DNA from: Toensbergia leucococca
Taxonomy: Eukaryota
Length of the DNA stretch: 64,000 nucleotides
Reading direction: 5' to 3'
NCBI GenBank assembly: GCA_022813965.1
Contig: JALDZS010000044.1
Span: 62,001-126,000, forward strand
Below, one piece after another: positions 60,760-64,000 of this stretch. Under the pieces are notes generated by a model, which was given only the letters and a program-made list of their open reading frames with translations, made no database searches and was not told the DNA's origin. Position numbers and translations under genes: made by a program. Every line of letters begins with the position of its first letter. Positions within the stretch are counted from its first letter, which is position 1.

Positions 60760-61085
60760 AGCAACGGCAACTTGCGCCCTTTGTTCATAGCATGTCTGAT
60801 CTTGCTGCCTTGACTCTATCTGAGAAGAATGTGGAGTTCGTCCGGGGAGTCATATTCAGATAACAAATTGAGCTTCACAGATTGAGAAAGAGTTGATTCT
60901 CATGACTGAGTTATCAGAATGTCAATGTAACTCTGTCATGAGAATCAACTCTCTCTCAATCTATAAAGCTCAATTTATTGTATGAGAATAACACTCTGTA
61001 TGAACTTTGAATCCTGCTCAGATAGGTAGGGCTCAGGCAGCAAGAGCAGGCATGCTATGAACTAAGGGCGCAAGTTGCTGTTGCT
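60760..61085. repeat. ~325 bp imperfect palindrome (fold-back), MITE-like
   Basis: Left arm agcaacggcaacttgcgccctttgttcatagcatg...ttgattctcatgactgagtta is the reverse complement of right arm taactctgtcatgagaatcaa...catgctatgaactaagggcgcaagttgctgttgct. Short loop near 60915-60926. Confidence 0.88.
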
Positions 61086-62451
61086 CAGTAAAAAGATTCA
61101 CCCCTTAAATGATCAAACCCCTCAACCGGTTAGCCTTGTTGAGCTAGGGTCAGAGTTCTATTTTTCTACTCATATCAATCATCGGTGTCACTTAAGTGAA
61201 GTTTGCCCGTCAGCCATAGTAATGTTTAGGAAAGGCCGGATTAAAAGATGTCATTATAATAGGGATTTGATTGAGGATACTTGAAATTTGTTCTACGGAG
61301 ATGACGTACCCATCGCGAATTGCGGTTTGAAGATATTTGTAACATTTGGTCTCTCGGAAAGTATGGAGCTTGCGTTCGAGGGTTGAGAAAGGGGGATTGT
61401 CTATTCAAAGAGGCGGAATCTGGATGCAGTTGCCGTGGTTTATTTCAATCCTAGAAGTGCCTCGAGATGATATCGCCTGGCTAAGTATTTACCAATGTGA
61501 TATCCAGCGCGGAGCCAGACTGTCTGCTTTCTTTGACCAACGACTGACTCCTAGCAGAGCCCAATCCCTGTCAATCACCAACGCCGTTACGCAGAAAAAG
61601 GACATTTCCCTGTCTTCGTTAGGGAACAATTTTGGACCAGAAAGGCATCCGCCTAACTGCGATATCAGTTCCTTCTGTAGGACTTGTGCGTTCAGTCCGC
61701 ATCTTCATCAAGCCTCCGCTCTGAATCCTAGACCAATAAACTCGAGCAAGTCTTGAAATTGAGCATTGAGCATATGAACCAGCCAGTCTCATCAGTGACT
61801 CCTTTTATTCACGAGAAATCGAGGGCTTGATACCGGTCCAAAACAACATGCTCCTGCACTGTCTATCAAATGCCCATCCTGAAAAGCTTCAAGACGCCGT
61901 CTCACCCATACAAGATGCGAGAATTACCCCTCAGGTACAAATTTTCCGGGCTTAGCCGTGTCGCTATCCAATGAATGGAGAAGGATTTCGAAAGGCGTGA
62001 AGACTATCACTACTAGATGTAGATGCCATCGGATTCGCCCAATCCTCCCAGTGGAGCCAGATTCAATCCATTGCAACGGCTGGGTCTACCGTTGTTTGAT
62101 GAAGAGAATTTTGTGGAACTATGCAACTCGTTCGATGACCATAAGTGCGGTACAGAGCTGGTCAAAAAGATTCGGAGCTCCTCTTTCGGCCTGACAAGCG
62201 CCGTAAAGTCAGATATAAATGTGCTCTCAATCTGAAGCTCTGGACTGTAAACCCTCGGAATACGAATTGGATTACTGTAATGTGTGTGCCTGACTTAGGG
62301 GAGGAATCCATCGTCCGCATTGTTGTTGGACGAATGTCGCCACGGTTGGTCGGATAAATCTGCCAGATGGCAAAGCCAACGGAAACAGCGGTGAAACGCT
62401 ATCATCGAGCCTAAGTCTTTTTTTAGGCGCAAGTAAATGTACTTGGTATTG

Positions 62452-64000
62452 CTATGTGAGCGTATGGAGCTCGTACGGAGCCTGCACATCAGCTTTTCGA
62501 ACAAACCTCCACCACCAATGTGACCGATAGATCAAATAACCGCACCCAAAGAATGCGAAGATAGCCACAATCTGCATCGGATGTGCTATAGCACTACGTG
62601 CGACAACCAATATGCTCACGCTACAGAAGATGAGAGGGTTGAATATTGAGGTACTATAATGTGCCAAAGCTGTCTTTGGCATTCCGGGACTTGAAGAATG
62701 GCGAAGTACTAGAACTCCAAGGACGGTCGCAAAGTAGATGATGTATTCCGCCATACCTGTTGTTACAATGTAATGGGAGGTTAGAAATAACCCTTCGATT
62801 GAAATTGAGTAATTGCAACGGACCAGGAGCATCACACCTTTGAAATTCAGGAGACCTCGGAAGCTGCCAAGCAGCACGTACACGATACTCAGGCAAGCAT
62901 TCACCAACATGGCATTCCTTGGGATGCTTAGCTAGAATCTTGCCATCCTGCAGAGTTGGTGGCTTTGAATGGGGCAATATCTTACCGAGGGATTCCTTGA
63001 TTCTTGGCAGGACTAGGGCTGGTAGGCCAGCTCGATCTGGTGGAGACGCCATCTTGAGGCCTGAGGCCTTGATTGTCTCTATCTTCATCTTTCGTGAGGT
63101 TTGCAGCCGCGTCAAAGAACGCAGGGATGTATTGTCGCGCACCGGCACACTGTGTCAAGCGTCCCATGGAAAAGACAGTTGCATTCAAAGCTCCGAGGCA
63201 CGATAGGCAAACAATCCCAGCATAAGAAATTGCGCCTGCTCGTCCAACGGTTGCCATACCAAAGGCCTGTGAACATTACCCTAGGTGTCAGTTCCGGTTC
63301 GCTAGCGGTTTGTCACGCAGACTCCAACTGACCAGTGCGATGGCGTTGGTGGTTTTCACCACCTCGAGCGGAAAAATGCTGTAGAATGCTATATTTGCCA
63401 GGATGAATAGGGAAATAACCACACTCATCGCATGGTGCAAAACCCGAGGTAGGTTGCGCGACGGGTCTTCCATCTCGCCCACCACAAAGCTGATCTGTTT
63501 TAGGTAAGTCTGGATCGAATCTCAATCGGAGAGTACTTACGCTTTCCCATCCTCCATAGGCGAACAAAGCTGCGAACAAGGCATCGGCGAGATCCCCCGT
63601 GCCCATCCAGGACAATGAAGATCCCTGCTCAGAGACTTGAAATTGGGTTGGAGATTCCATGGCCGGGCTAAGCTTTTCCGGCTCAGTGGCTGAACCACCT
63701 TGAATGACGCTGGTAATTTGGAAAGCAACGCCAATCACTGCTATGGAGCTTAGACCCAAGACCTTCACACCCATGAATACGTTGGCGGAGAGCACGCCAA
63801 GGTGGGTACCCATACAGTTTAAAGCAGTCGTAAATCCAATGCCTAAGAGGGCCGTGCTCTTCAAGACCCATGTAGAGATATCTGCTCCAGGGAGGACTGT
63901 TCTGTAAAGGTACTCGGCGAAGATGAGTGACACCATGGCCATCGAGCAAGGTTTGACCACAAAGATCCATATCCATGCAAACATGAAGCCGTAGACGTCT
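62452..64000 (-). CDS. APC-superfamily amino acid permease (LAT/MUP-like), 5' end outside window
   Basis: Multiple TM segments; ALFAALFAYGGWE, VGEMEDPSRNLPR and CLSCLGALNATVF motifs; introns near 63500-63540 and 63290-63330. Confidence 0.88.

Noticed and set aside
61300..62360. Short ORFs between the palindrome and the permease
   Set aside because: No recognisable motifs or consistent splice structure; could be decayed sequence but cannot be supported.
47200..62400. Starship or other autonomous mobile element carrying the gene pair
   Set aside because: No tyrosine recombinase (captain), transposase or reverse transcriptase ORF, and no convincing terminal repeats or target-site duplication were seen.

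Overview
Eukaryotic genomic DNA from a filamentous ascomycete (Pezizomycotina). Evidence: short GT..AG introns with CTRAC-type branch sites and typical fungal proteins. Positions 1-47 kb are mostly housekeeping genes: a Zn2Cys6 transcription factor, CIA2/MIP18, a CAP10-like GT90, an NDUFAF7-like methyltransferase, TFIIS, NOP14, ORC3, a PPR protein, the CPA2/arg-3 carbamoyl-phosphate synthase, dipeptidyl-peptidase V, BRR2 and a G-patch protein. This part also holds a decayed yellow/MRJP pseudogene and an error-rich low-complexity patch. Positions ~47.2-62.4 kb look accessory and hold the most interesting object, a head-to-head gene pair. One gene has 5 exons and encodes ~2492 aa: ~9 Trp-anchored beta-rich repeats, a helical hinge, ~7 filamin-type Ig repeats and lectin-like beta-sandwiches. 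The other has 5 exons and encodes a ~651 aa ComEC-type metallo-beta-lactamase-fold hydrolase. A ~330 bp fold-back palindrome follows, and the window ends in a 5'-truncated amino acid permease. Exon joins were worked out by hand. Family calls come from recalled motifs, not database searches.
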